Position numbers and translations under genes: made by a program
Shown here: positions 35,240-44,109 of the stretch, one piece after another
Numbering within the stretch: the stretch's first letter is position 1
Layout of the letters: every line of letters begins with the position of its first letter
The notes under the pieces: generated by a model
Databases searched by the model: none
Told to the model about the DNA's origin: nothing
Seen by the model: only the letters and a program-made list of their open reading frames with translations
DNA from: a virus
DNA: 47,240 nt
Strand: one strand, 5' to 3'
UHGV virus genome: UHGV-0111354

Positions 35240-36274
35240 TTACAGCATATCGAGATAGATTGCGCTCAGAGGATAGCGGATTTCGGTGCCTGAAATCTTA
35301 TACTCTGCCGGTACAGTTACGGTCAGACCTTTATTCTGCGGTGCCAGCATACGGAACGGAATCGGCTTGGCAACACCCAGGTTGCGGTCGTTCTTCTCGT
35401 AAATGAGAACACGGTCTTTCGAATCGTTGGACACACCGCCCGCAGCCAGTTCCGCAGCGGTCAGCTGGTAACGAACCTGAATATCAATTTCCTGCCCGGT
35501 CATCAGGGTGAAGGAGTTATTGATTTTGAAATGCTCCATAACGGTGCGGTCAGTATACCCGGTCATCAGGGTGCTGTTCATGCGTTTCCACAGGTCCGGG
35601 AATACGCGAATGGTATTCGGCAGGTGGAAGTTTTTGGACAGTTTGATGATGTCGAACAGCGGGTCGTTGAGCATGTTGAACAGCTCCTGACCAGTGGCGG
35701 TGGTGTAGTCGACGGTCGCCTTAGTCACGGTCACGTTGCTGTTATTGAACAGACCAGCCATTCCCAGTTGTGAGTCACCGAAGTAAGCCACTTTCTGACT
35801 ATGCTCTTCGTAGCCACGATATGCCAGCTGCTGCTGCATGGTGTCAATCGGCATGTTCTGAGATGCAGTGGTGCGCAGCTCATCGATGCTGTAGTGACAC
35901 TCGATGCCGCCATAGTTCAGCGGTACAGTGTGGAGTTTCGCAGATTGAGCGACGTGTGGCAGGTCCATCGCGTTTGCACCGATGAACTTCCCAACCGTGA
36001 CGCCATCATAGCTCCGGTACACCCAATGGTTCGCGAACTCAGGAATGCCGGATACAACCGGGATGTCCTGCAGATAAGTGATATCCGCGTACGGAGTTGC
36101 ATAGATGGTCTGCTCAATCTGTGCCAGCTGAGAGATGTAGAATGCGATACCACCGTCAGCATCACGGAATTCAGCCGGAACGTTGACAGCGTTCTGACCA
36201 TCCAGATACTGTTTAACCCACGGGTTGCCCGCAATAGTCTGTGCGTCAAGTACAACGCTGTTTAACTTATCCAT
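35240..36274 (-). CDS. Major capsid protein (HK97-fold inferred)
   Basis: 344 aa. Position after protease/scaffold and decoration genes. A strong terminator follows, typical of highly expressed capsid genes. Confidence 0.55.
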   Translation of the reverse strand: MDKLNSVVLDAQTIAGNPWVKQYLDGQNAVNVPAEFRDADGGIAFYISQLAQIEQTIYATPYADITYLQDIPVVSGIPEFANHWVYRSYDGVTVGKFIGANAMDLPHVAQSAKLHTVPLNYGGIECHYSIDELRTTASQNMPIDTMQQQLAYRGYEEHSQKVAYFGDSQLGMAGLFNNSNVTVTKATVDYTTATGQELFNMLNDPLFDIIKLSKNFHLPNTIRVFPDLWKRMNSTLMTGYTDRTVMEHFKINNSFTLMTGQEIDIQVRYQLTAAELAAGGVSNDSKDRVLIYEKNDRNLGVAKPIPFRMLAPQNKGLTVTVPAEYKISGTEIRYPLSAIYLDML

Positions 36275-36276
36275 TA

Positions 36277-36765
36277 TTAACCCCCAACAACCAGAGACAG
36301 TTTAGCCAGACCACCAGCTATTGCGGCAGTGAGGAATTTAGCACCAGGAATGGCAACCGACAGAGTTGCTGATCCGCCAGCCGTCTTAGCAAAATCACCG
36401 GTCTGATTCGCACCAACACGCAAGAATGCAGCGTCACCAACGGTGACAGCCTCCGCCACGGTTACCCAGATTACGCCAGCGGTGAGCACAGATGCCGGAC
36501 GGTCGACCGGAGCACCGAAAGTTGCGCCGTCAGCGTAAGAGCGGTTCAGTTCACGAACCAGTACGCCCACGAAGTCGTCAGCTGTGGAGCTGGCAGTCGC
36601 AGCCTTAAAGCCTTTCTCGCCGCTACGTACAACACCTTTACCGTATGCGACGGTTGCGGTGTCATCGTTAATTTTGGAAACGATATTCGCTACTTGTCCG
36701 TCGGCGACCATCCCGGTAAAGGCTGCGTCGTGATTCAGACCGTAGCTGGTTGCAGTAATAGCCAT
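36277..36765 (-). CDS. Head decoration-like protein
   Basis: 162-aa Ala/Gly/Val-rich ORF between the protease/scaffold and capsid genes. Confidence 0.35.
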   Translation of the reverse strand: MAITATSYGLNHDAAFTGMVADGQVANIVSKINDDTATVAYGKGVVRSGEKGFKAATASSTADDFVGVLVRELNRSYADGATFGAPVDRPASVLTAGVIWVTVAEAVTVGDAAFLRVGANQTGDFAKTAGGSATLSVAIPGAKFLTAAIAGGLAKLSLVVGG

Positions 36766-36776
36766 CTATGTCACCC

Positions 36777-37919
36777 TTATTTAAGTTTACCAGTCTGACG
36801 CAGCAGTGCTTCTTGTGCGCGGGACAGTACAGGTTTTGCGTCGGCTACCGGCTGTTTGATGTCTTTAGCGGCATCTTTAGCCAGTTGCTCAAGCTGTGAG
36901 TCTACCACAGGTTTCACCGGTTCTTCTACAGCCATGTCGAAAGCGGCTTCAACATAGGCGGTAGATTTTTCAGCCCAGTCAACAGACGGACGTTTAACAG
37001 CGAGAGCGGCACGTTTGATTGCAACCGGGTCCATGCTGTCACAGGTGAATTCATCGCCAGCAACTTTACGCGCTGAGGTGGTAACACGTGCAATTGCTTC
37101 CACGCGTGCTTTCAGGGCTTCGTCGCTGCATTTGGTGGTCAGGTCAGCAACCTGTTCCAGTGCTGCGTCGAGTTGGGCCTGTACGGTTTCTTTGGCGGCT
37201 TCGGCGTCACTGACACGCTGTTCCAAGCGTTTGAACGCGTCTACCACCGCAGCATCCGCCACATCAACTTTTAGCCCGGTGTCAGTGGTGATTTGATACA
37301 TGGGTTTTTTCTCCATATTATCGAAGATACGCGCCATTGCACCCGCACGAGCACGGTCAACAATTGCAACGTGGTTAATTTTAATCTGAGTCTGTCGGAA
37401 TTCGTATGGTTCACCTTCCGGCGTTGTCCCTGGTGTACAATCATACACCGCCGTGTAACCCGCTGACAACTCACACTTGCCGGTTTCGACAGCCTTAATC
37501 GCGTCTTTATCCTTAATAACCATATCCACAATGACAAAATCGCCGTCCTGGCGACCAACACTCGTTACAACACCAACGGAAGTGTTACGGTACGTGGAAG
37601 CATTGACGAGTGTGGGGGGATGGTTATTCGTGACATCTGCGCCGAGATAGCTCTGAAGTGATTCATCGTTAAACACTTCTTCGGCGGGACGGTATACACG
37701 GATAATGTCGTTCGGTGCGCGGTCTTTCAGTCCCAGTTCCGAAGCGAGATATTCCTGAATACCAGTACGAGCGGCTTTACCCGGCACACGCAGGAATCCC
37801 TCATCCGTGTAAACACGTTGGGAATTCAGTGCGAAACTTTTACGGTCATTGTGTGTTACGGTGATTTGCATGTTGACGAGTCCGTCAGAGTATGCCATAG
37901 TGATAATCGTTAAACACAT
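36777..37919 (-). CDS. Prohead protease fused to Ala-rich coiled-coil scaffold domain
   Basis: The N-terminal half is globular. The C-terminal half AEAAKETVQAQLDAALEQVADLTTK... is a scaffold-like coiled coil. Position between MuF-like and capsid genes. Start ambiguous (37919/37898/37871). Confidence 0.45.
   Translation of the reverse strand: MCLTIITMAYSDGLVNMQITVTHNDRKSFALNSQRVYTDEGFLRVPGKAARTGIQEYLASELGLKDRAPNDIIRVYRPAEEVFNDESLQSYLGADVTNNHPPTLVNASTYRNTSVGVVTSVGRQDGDFVIVDMVIKDKDAIKAVETGKCELSAGYTAVYDCTPGTTPEGEPYEFRQTQIKINHVAIVDRARAGAMARIFDNMEKKPMYQITTDTGLKVDVADAAVVDAFKRLEQRVSDAEAAKETVQAQLDAALEQVADLTTKCSDEALKARVEAIARVTTSARKVAGDEFTCDSMDPVAIKRAALAVKRPSVDWAEKSTAYVEAAFDMAVEEPVKPVVDSQLEQLAKDAAKDIKQPVADAKPVLSRAQEALLRQTGKLK
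37873..37910 (+). promoter_or_regulatory. Moron promoter TTGACGagtcCGTCAG-17-CATAGT
   Basis: Seen in sequence, upstream of the plus-strand gene at 37948. Confidence 0.45.
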
Positions 37920-37947
37920 GATACATATATTTCAGAGGAGATACAAC

Positions 37948-38370
37948 ATGGCTCAATACGTCTACCATCTCGGTACGCCTGAGATGTTTGCGCGGATGTC
38001 CGAAGGTGTAACCCATTTGTTTCGCAACAAGTTAAACGGCATTGTCAAGGGCATATGTTTGCCCGATGTGATTGCGACATATAGTGCTCGGCTCGATCAG
38101 GAACTTATTGCACAACGTGAACGTGTCACCAATGTGGCACCCGCGGTAACCAATGACAACATCAACCACCCGTTACGCTACACGAAGGGCGATATCGAAT
38201 GTATCGACGCTATTAAGGCCGCCACCGTTGGTAAAACCGGTATCGAGGCGGTATGTGTGGCGAATGTCGTTAAATATCTGTGGCGCTATGAAGAGAAGAA
38301 CGGTCTGGAAGATGTGAAAAAGGCCCGTTGGTATCTCGAGCGCTTGATTAATGAACTGGAGAACGAGTAA
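37948..38370 (+). CDS. DUF3310-family phage protein
   Basis: NHPLRYTKGDIECIDAIKAATVG...ANVVKYLWRYEEKNGLEDVKKARWYLERLI matches the DUF3310 signature blocks (HP.HY..G.IE.ID...KY..R...K.G..DL.KA.WYL.RL). Confidence 0.55.
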   Translation: MAQYVYHLGTPEMFARMSEGVTHLFRNKLNGIVKGICLPDVIATYSARLDQELIAQRERVTNVAPAVTNDNINHPLRYTKGDIECIDAIKAATVGKTGIEAVCVANVVKYLWRYEEKNGLEDVKKARWYLERLINELENE

Positions 38371-38555
38371 TGAGTAACGATTTCATCGCCCAATGTGAAA
38401 CTGAATTAGATAAAATCGACACCATTTTAAAACCATACGCATACGAAGTGACAACCAACCGTGGTACGACATATCTGGTCCGCGCGGGTAGTGTGGCGCA
38501 TAACAACGCTGTTATGTTCGGGTATCAACTGAAACCGTTATACGAGGGTGAGTGA
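38370..38555 (+). CDS. Small hypothetical protein
   Basis: 61-aa ORF, ATGA-coupled. Confidence 0.35.
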   Translation: MSNDFIAQCETELDKIDTILKPYAYEVTTNRGTTYLVRAGSVAHNNAVMFGYQLKPLYEGE

Positions 38556-38557
38556 TT

Positions 38558-38689
38558 ATGCCTGTTTACATGAAACTCAGAAGTAGTGGTACTACACTCG
38601 TATTTGGTCTTTATGACAGTCGGGCCGAAGCGGAACGGGTATGCAACGTGTTAAAAGCATTAAATGATGCGTGGGAGTTTTACATATGA
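38558..38689 (+). CDS. Small hypothetical protein (43 aa)
   Basis: ORF found by hand, 3 nt after the upstream stop. Confidence 0.25.
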   Translation: MPVYMKLRSSGTTLVFGLYDSRAEAERVCNVLKALNDAWEFYI

Positions 38690-38877
38690 TACCACGCTAC
38701 CCAACCGGAACACTTGTGAAGTTATTCCCCGATGGTGTCGTTACCGGTACTGTTGAAAATGTTGTCGCAAATGACCCGCCGCAGTACTGGGTCAAATGTG
38801 ACGATGGTAATTACAGCTGTCACGCGCAGCGCGATTTGAAACGAGTGGGGGTGTTGTATGGACCTTCTCATGCTTAG
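38686..38877 (+). CDS. Small hypothetical protein
   Basis: ATG overlapping the upstream stop. The ORF-track version starts at GTG 38671. Confidence 0.3.
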   Translation: MIPRYPTGTLVKLFPDGVVTGTVENVVANDPPQYWVKCDDGNYSCHAQRDLKRVGVLYGPSHA

Positions 38878-38910
38878 TGTCGGCGTTGTGATTTGGGTCG
38901 TATATTTAAG

Positions 38911-38940
38911 TTGACGAGTTCGTCAGGGATGACGTATACT
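38911..38940 (+). promoter_or_regulatory. Promoter TTGACGagttCGTCAG-18-TATACT
   Basis: Seen in sequence. Palindromic -35 element. Confidence 0.5.
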
Positions 38941-38978
38941 CAGTTCATCAACAACAACAGAGAGGGTTTGAGAGACAA

Positions 38979-39128
38979 ATGAACACATTACTTCCCGGCT
39001 ACAACCGTCCCGCCCCACAAGCGCGGGTCATTGATAAAGAATTGTTAAAGACCGCACAACAGCTTGCGCGCAAGCATGAAGGTTGGACGCTCGCTAACGC
39101 TGTGTTGCGTGAGGCGTATGGAAAATGA
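38979..39128 (+). CDS. Small hypothetical protein (49 aa)
   Basis: ORF with RBS AGAGGG downstream of the promoter above. Confidence 0.3.
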   Translation: MNTLLPGYNRPAPQARVIDKELLKTAQQLARKHEGWTLANAVLREAYGK

Positions 39129-39322
39129 ACTATAAACCTGTCAAGGCGGTAATGCTCCGCAACAATGACCGGATTATCGATGTGGACGGTGTTATCACCG
39201 TAACGAACTTTAAAATGAACTTCCGTGAAGATATCGTGACATTTACCGCGACCAAAGAAGACGGTTCAGCATCTGAGCGCTGGATAGCGATGGACCGACT
39301 TGTCAATAAGGTTACTTCTTAG
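39125..39322 (+). CDS. Small hypothetical protein
   Basis: 65-aa ORF, ATGA-coupled. Confidence 0.35.
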   Translation: MNYKPVKAVMLRNNDRIIDVDGVITVTNFKMNFREDIVTFTATKEDGSASERWIAMDRLVNKVTS

Positions 39323-40073
39323 CCTTATACCGCTCCACTGCTGCCGATGTTACCGGCCTACTGACGCATCGGCAGTTTATTGCTTGACCTGGAAATGTCG
39401 GCATACCATCGACAACCGGCAAATCATCCCAGCGGAACACACCTTCACCGAATCCCACATCACGTTTAGCAACTTCAACGTGGCTGTGACGCACCCGCTC
39501 ATCCTGTGACGTTACCCATCTGAAATACTCAATACCACTGTTCGTCTGACGGATACGGTTCATATCACCCTGTATTTTACTCGTCTGATCGCGTGCAATT
39601 AATTTAGCACGACGCTCCGTGACACCAAATTGTTTAACGAGTGCTTCCTCGATGTAACTGGGGCGCATACCGTTACGCATATTGGTCATGACAATGTTCT
39701 GCACCTGCTCCAGATACTGAGCCGGAATTGACTGAATGAGTTTGGCATTCTGATACGATGCCGCGCTGAGATATTCCTGCAGCTGTGTATCGCCGCCGTA
39801 CAGATTGATAGCGAATGAGCGGGCGTTATCCTTTGCCGCAGTCTGTACAAACTGTGACGCGATAGTCTCAGCCTGACGACGAGCAAACGCGCCAAGCCAC
39901 CGTGTGAGCAACTGGTTAATCGCCGAGGTAATAGTGTCACTCCAGCCGTCAGCGGTGTACTCCGGCGCAAGCTGTTTCACCAGTGGTACAATGTTGGTGT
40001 CCACATCCTCATGAACAAGCCGTGCAACCTGTTTCAGCTGACGATAATAATTTAGTTCTGTTTGTCGTGACAT
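39312..40073 (-). CDS. Head morphogenesis protein, Mu F-like / SPP1 gp7 family (minor capsid protein)
   Basis: C-terminal HSHVEVAKRDVGFGEG...PGQAINCRCVS matches the Phage_Mu_F conserved C-terminal block. Confidence 0.65.
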   Translation of the reverse strand: MSRQTELNYYRQLKQVARLVHEDVDTNIVPLVKQLAPEYTADGWSDTITSAINQLLTRWLGAFARRQAETIASQFVQTAAKDNARSFAINLYGGDTQLQEYLSAASYQNAKLIQSIPAQYLEQVQNIVMTNMRNGMRPSYIEEALVKQFGVTERRAKLIARDQTSKIQGDMNRIRQTNSGIEYFRWVTSQDERVRHSHVEVAKRDVGFGEGVFRWDDLPVVDGMPTFPGQAINCRCVSRPVTSAAVERYKAKK

Positions 40074-40075
40074 GC

Positions 40076-40141
40076 TTGACGGCCTCGTCAGTATGGTGTA
40101 GAGTGTACGTGTTAGTTAAATATTATCACAGGAGAAGAGAG
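40076..40141 (+). promoter_or_regulatory. Promoter TTGACGgcctCGTCAG-...-TGTAGA with about 70-bp conserved leader (copy B of the 25535 cassette)
   Basis: Seen in sequence. Near-identical to 25531-25600. Confidence 0.55.
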
Positions 40142-40762
40142 ATGAGTAAACCAAAGCAAAAAGAAACCGAAACAGACAGCGAGTATGCTCTTAGAATTTC
40201 AGAATGGAAAGAGATGCGAAAAGAGTACAAGAGAAAGTGGAACGAACAGAATCGGTCACATACTTCCCAATACAACAAGAAATGGCAATCTGAGAACGTA
40301 GAAAAAGTTTCACAGTATAGAGAGGAGTATTACAAACAAAACAAAGACGTCATTACTGAAAGGGTGATTGATTGGCAAAGAAAAAATCCTGAGAAGTATG
40401 CCAATAAATCAAAAAGACATTATCTTGCCAACAAGGATAAGTTTGCGACCAGAGTGGTCAAAAGAAGAGCGAACTTAATACAGGCCTCAATCGGTGAAGA
40501 TGTAGAAAAAGTCTATTCACAACTATACCGATACGCAAAGTTACTTAGCGGTAACCTCGAAGTGGACCACATCATTCCGTTGCGCGGCGTGGATGTCAGA
40601 GGGTTACATACTTCGGAAAATCTCTGCCTATTGCCGAGAGAAATAAATCGTTCGAAAGGTAATAAATTCGATCAAGAAGCATACTTCTACTTCTTCAAAA
40701 GATACCCGAGATGTACCGCTTCGAGACTGTACGCGAGGTACATCTCGGGTAGATTAGGATAG
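40142..40762 (+). CDS. HNH homing endonuclease (inserted between portal and MuF genes on the opposite strand)
   Basis: EVDHIIPLRGVDVRGLHTSENLCLLPREINRSKGNKF is the HNH motif. Lys/Glu-rich N-terminus. Start chosen at the ATG with RBS GGAGAAGAGAG. Confidence 0.65.
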   Translation: MSKPKQKETETDSEYALRISEWKEMRKEYKRKWNEQNRSHTSQYNKKWQSENVEKVSQYREEYYKQNKDVITERVIDWQRKNPEKYANKSKRHYLANKDKFATRVVKRRANLIQASIGEDVEKVYSQLYRYAKLLSGNLEVDHIIPLRGVDVRGLHTSENLCLLPREINRSKGNKFDQEAYFYFFKRYPRCTASRLYARYISGRLG

Positions 40763-42151
40763 TTTTGCCATTATCTCATCATGAGACAGACCATCTGTCA
40801 CGTACTGGTTATAGCGTATCCAGAACGCATCCTGTTGTTCGGTGAGCTTTGGTTCATCGTCAGGGGGAGACGCAACGTAATCTGACTCCACCGAAGCCTG
40901 TTTATCTATTTCACCATCTTCAAACTGATATTCTTCAGACGATTCGAGATTGCGCATGATTTGTGACGGTCTTACTATTCCCTCTGCTAGATATGCTAAA
41001 TCCTTATCGGCGCGGATTTTGGCAGCTTGTGCAATCTGCAATTCATTAGGTTGTGCGAGTGGTCGCCACTCATAGTTAAAGTCGTCAGGCCAGTAACCCA
41101 GTGCGCTACGCACCAGCACTTCATCAAGCTGGCGCAACCCAGGGTCAACCTGTGTCAACTGTTTAGAGCGGATGGAGTTGTTGTAGTTGTTCATGTCTCC
41201 TTCACCCGTGGCGTTTAAACCTTTGGCGGAGGTACCGAACAGGCGTGTGACAGGAATGTCAGCCGCGCCACTAATCCACGTCATGAACGTCTCAAGCACT
41301 GGCGCAACACCGCCCAGGTCGAGCGTCTTACGTTCGTATGACTCATCACCGTCAAGCAGAGCCATTTGCACCAGTGACTTCATCTGGCTGAACAGGGTGT
41401 AACGCGACACAATTGCGTCATCCTGGTCGCTGGCTAACTCGTCGGATAGTCCTTCACGTTTAACCACATCGACGTTTGCCTCCTGCATCAGTTCCGCGAT
41501 GCCGTCCTTCGATGCAACCATGTCCATGATGTCATCGAGGCATACGCGCAACTCACTGTCACCCCATCCCTGAGTCTGGACCATCTGGCGACGCGGCAAA
41601 CGCTTACCATTGAAGCGCGCAAAATGGGTCCAGTGGATTTGCTGACCGCCGCCGGTAATGGTGTAATACTCCGGCATCATGTAGTTGGGTGCCAGAATAT
41701 CCCAGGTGTTCATGGTGAGCGGTGACATATCGTGACGGTCAAACACAATACAACGCTTCAAATCACCTTTACGAATACGGCGCACGTCGAGCGGCTTTGA
41801 CAGGTCCTGCCCGGTCAGCATGAGAATACCACCGCCACCATACAGACGCGCCCATGTGACAGCCTCCTGCACGTTGGCAGCTATCATCAGACGGTCTTCT
41901 TCGATGCGAATGTCATCGGCTTCCTTGCACTTGATGGTGCGCCACTCACGACACATGTCCTCTGCGGGTATTTCCACAATCTGACGAGCCAGCCAGTTAG
42001 TCTGGTAAGCCGCGTCGAGTTGTTGCCAGTTGGACAGCGCAGCATACTGGAACGCGTTGTGAGAGCGTTTCGCTTTCCACGTTCCGAGACCAGATACGAC
42101 GTTTACCAGCCCATCGGTGGTGTGAAGGTTTGTTTTAGCAGCCTTAGCCAT
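40754..42151 (-). CDS. Portal protein
   Basis: 465 aa, lying between the large terminase and MuF-like genes. Acidic C-terminus. Confidence 0.55.
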   Translation of the reverse strand: MAKAAKTNLHTTDGLVNVVSGLGTWKAKRSHNAFQYAALSNWQQLDAAYQTNWLARQIVEIPAEDMCREWRTIKCKEADDIRIEEDRLMIAANVQEAVTWARLYGGGGILMLTGQDLSKPLDVRRIRKGDLKRCIVFDRHDMSPLTMNTWDILAPNYMMPEYYTITGGGQQIHWTHFARFNGKRLPRRQMVQTQGWGDSELRVCLDDIMDMVASKDGIAELMQEANVDVVKREGLSDELASDQDDAIVSRYTLFSQMKSLVQMALLDGDESYERKTLDLGGVAPVLETFMTWISGAADIPVTRLFGTSAKGLNATGEGDMNNYNNSIRSKQLTQVDPGLRQLDEVLVRSALGYWPDDFNYEWRPLAQPNELQIAQAAKIRADKDLAYLAEGIVRPSQIMRNLESSEEYQFEDGEIDKQASVESDYVASPPDDEPKLTEQQDAFWIRYNQYVTDGLSHDEIMAKLS

Positions 42152-42153
42152 GT

Positions 42154-43602
42154 TTATAAAATCTCCGAAACGGTTGCTTTGCCATTGTGGAGCATTTGAC
42201 TAATTGCATCACACATTGGGTCAATCTGGTCATCGTGAGCGTGTGTGTCATCAGCGGTGAACGCTTCACACTCCGTAACGAAGTCATGAACCCATGGGGC
42301 ATCTTCGGGTATCTTAACATATCCTGACTCAATGTAACCCTGTACGTCCATCACGCGGGTTAATTTATTTGCCGCCGGTCCGCGTGGTATCTCCCGCACG
42401 GGTATCACGGGTTTAATTTTGCGGCGAATCTTCTGGATAAGTTCTGTACCGGATGATTTATCTTCGACAGCCATGTAACGCAAACGACCATTTTTGTCAT
42501 TGCGATGCTTGTTCCAGAAGTCGGGAATTTTTACCTCAAGCTCATACGCTTCGAACTTGTCACGCATGATGTCGAGGAGATACAGATATCCATCCTCACC
42601 GAGTCCCCACAGTTCGGCAACCTGATAGTCATTGTGCTCTTTGGCTTTCTGCGCCGTATCGATGAACACCGCTCTGTATTTCAGCTTTGGCACAACGGTG
42701 TAACGTCCGAACCATGACCCCTTCAGAATGCCGCCCCCGAGCGGTGAGGGACGTTGCTGCATCTGACCGGAGAACATGTACGAGTTTTTCTTCTGCATCG
42801 CTTTGAGGGCTTCCAGAGAGTGTTTCTGGGGCCACAATGCACGCTCCGTCGGTAAACCCTCGTCCACAATGGCAGGAAGCACCAGATGACGGAAATTATA
42901 CTCCTCGTCCTTCAGCAGTGTGCCGCAGAAGTCTTCCTCGTGAAGTCGCTGCATGATGACAATGCAAGGCGTCTTTGTGGAGTTAAAACGTGATTTAATA
43001 GTTTCATCCCAACGACGGTTAACACCGTTGCGTTTTGGATCAGAATACGCGTCATCCGGTTTTAACGGGTCATCGATGATGATTGCACCACCAAACCCAT
43101 TACCGTTCTCGAAGTCGTCCAGTTTGCCAGCACCAAAACCAGTGATAGGGCCACCCGCAGCCGTCGCATAGAATACACCACCCTGGTCAGTGCCCCACGC
43201 CTTCTTCGAATCCTTATTCGCCTTGATGGTCACATGAGGCCACAGTTTTTGAAACTCTTCGGACTTCAAAACTGATTTGATGGATTCAGAGTTATCCAGT
43301 GCGAGAATATCAGCGTAGGACAGGTGAATAAATTCACACTTTGGATTTTTAACGTAACACCATGCGGAAAATAATTTAACAGCCAGTTCAGTTTTTGAAT
43401 AACGCGGCGGCATGTTAATTATTAAATGAGTGGTGCGACCGTAAAATACATCCATCAACGCATCACAAATTACATGATGGTGGTCACTGAATACAAACTT
43501 AGTCCCTTTTAAAACTTTGAAGAAGAAACGGGCGAATAAAGTAAAATCTTCCTCAAGTGCGAGGCGTAGTAATTTTAATTCTTTTGGGGAATTAAAATTC
43601 AT
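42154..43602 (-). CDS. Terminase large subunit
   Basis: 482 aa. N-terminal ATPase region with INMPPRYSKTE P-loop-like segment. C-terminal acidic nuclease-like region. Flanked by TerS-like and portal genes. Confidence 0.6.
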   Translation of the reverse strand: MNFNSPKELKLLRLALEEDFTLFARFFFKVLKGTKFVFSDHHHVICDALMDVFYGRTTHLIINMPPRYSKTELAVKLFSAWCYVKNPKCEFIHLSYADILALDNSESIKSVLKSEEFQKLWPHVTIKANKDSKKAWGTDQGGVFYATAAGGPITGFGAGKLDDFENGNGFGGAIIIDDPLKPDDAYSDPKRNGVNRRWDETIKSRFNSTKTPCIVIMQRLHEEDFCGTLLKDEEYNFRHLVLPAIVDEGLPTERALWPQKHSLEALKAMQKKNSYMFSGQMQQRPSPLGGGILKGSWFGRYTVVPKLKYRAVFIDTAQKAKEHNDYQVAELWGLGEDGYLYLLDIMRDKFEAYELEVKIPDFWNKHRNDKNGRLRYMAVEDKSSGTELIQKIRRKIKPVIPVREIPRGPAANKLTRVMDVQGYIESGYVKIPEDAPWVHDFVTECEAFTADDTHAHDDQIDPMCDAISQMLHNGKATVSEIL

Positions 43603-44062
43603 CGTTGAACGCCTTTTTAAATACTTTCACATCTTCGGCGGTAATATTGATATTTGTATTCACATTATCCAGACCGCCGGACAACTGAATCAATTGCTTA
43701 TCCAGTCCCATCAGTTTCGCTTTACCAAGCACTGCCGCCACAGCTGCGGATGATTGCGGCGTCTCGGCGGACAACGCAACGTTTTTAATTTCTTCCAGTT
43801 CTGCAACGAGTGAATCAACTGTCACGTTGTGGCGCTTTGAATGAACTTGACGAAGTGAGGCAATTCTCCCCGCAACTGCCCCGTTATCCAGCATTTCAGA
43901 TGCTCGTTTAGCGATGGTGTTTACGGCCATGCGGGAAGTGTTATACGAGCGGCGATATGACTCGGATGCGTTACCCGTTTCCACAAATGCCTGAGCAAAC
44001 TTCTCTTGCTGCTCTGTCACACCATGTTCGTTAAGTTTAGCCCTTGCCATGTTGGCCCCCAC
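43592..44062 (-). CDS. Terminase small subunit
   Basis: 156 aa. N-terminal HTH-like QQEKFAQAFVETGNASESYRRSY, typical of the Terminase_2 small subunit. Immediately upstream of TerL. Confidence 0.55.
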   Translation of the reverse strand: MGANMARAKLNEHGVTEQQEKFAQAFVETGNASESYRRSYNTSRMAVNTIAKRASEMLDNGAVAGRIASLRQVHSKRHNVTVDSLVAELEEIKNVALSAETPQSSAAVAAVLGKAKLMGLDKQLIQLSGGLDNVNTNINITAEDVKVFKKAFNDEF

Positions 44063-44109
44063 GCTATTGTCTCTAATGCCACGATTTTATCATGACTGTA
44101 CCGTCATTG

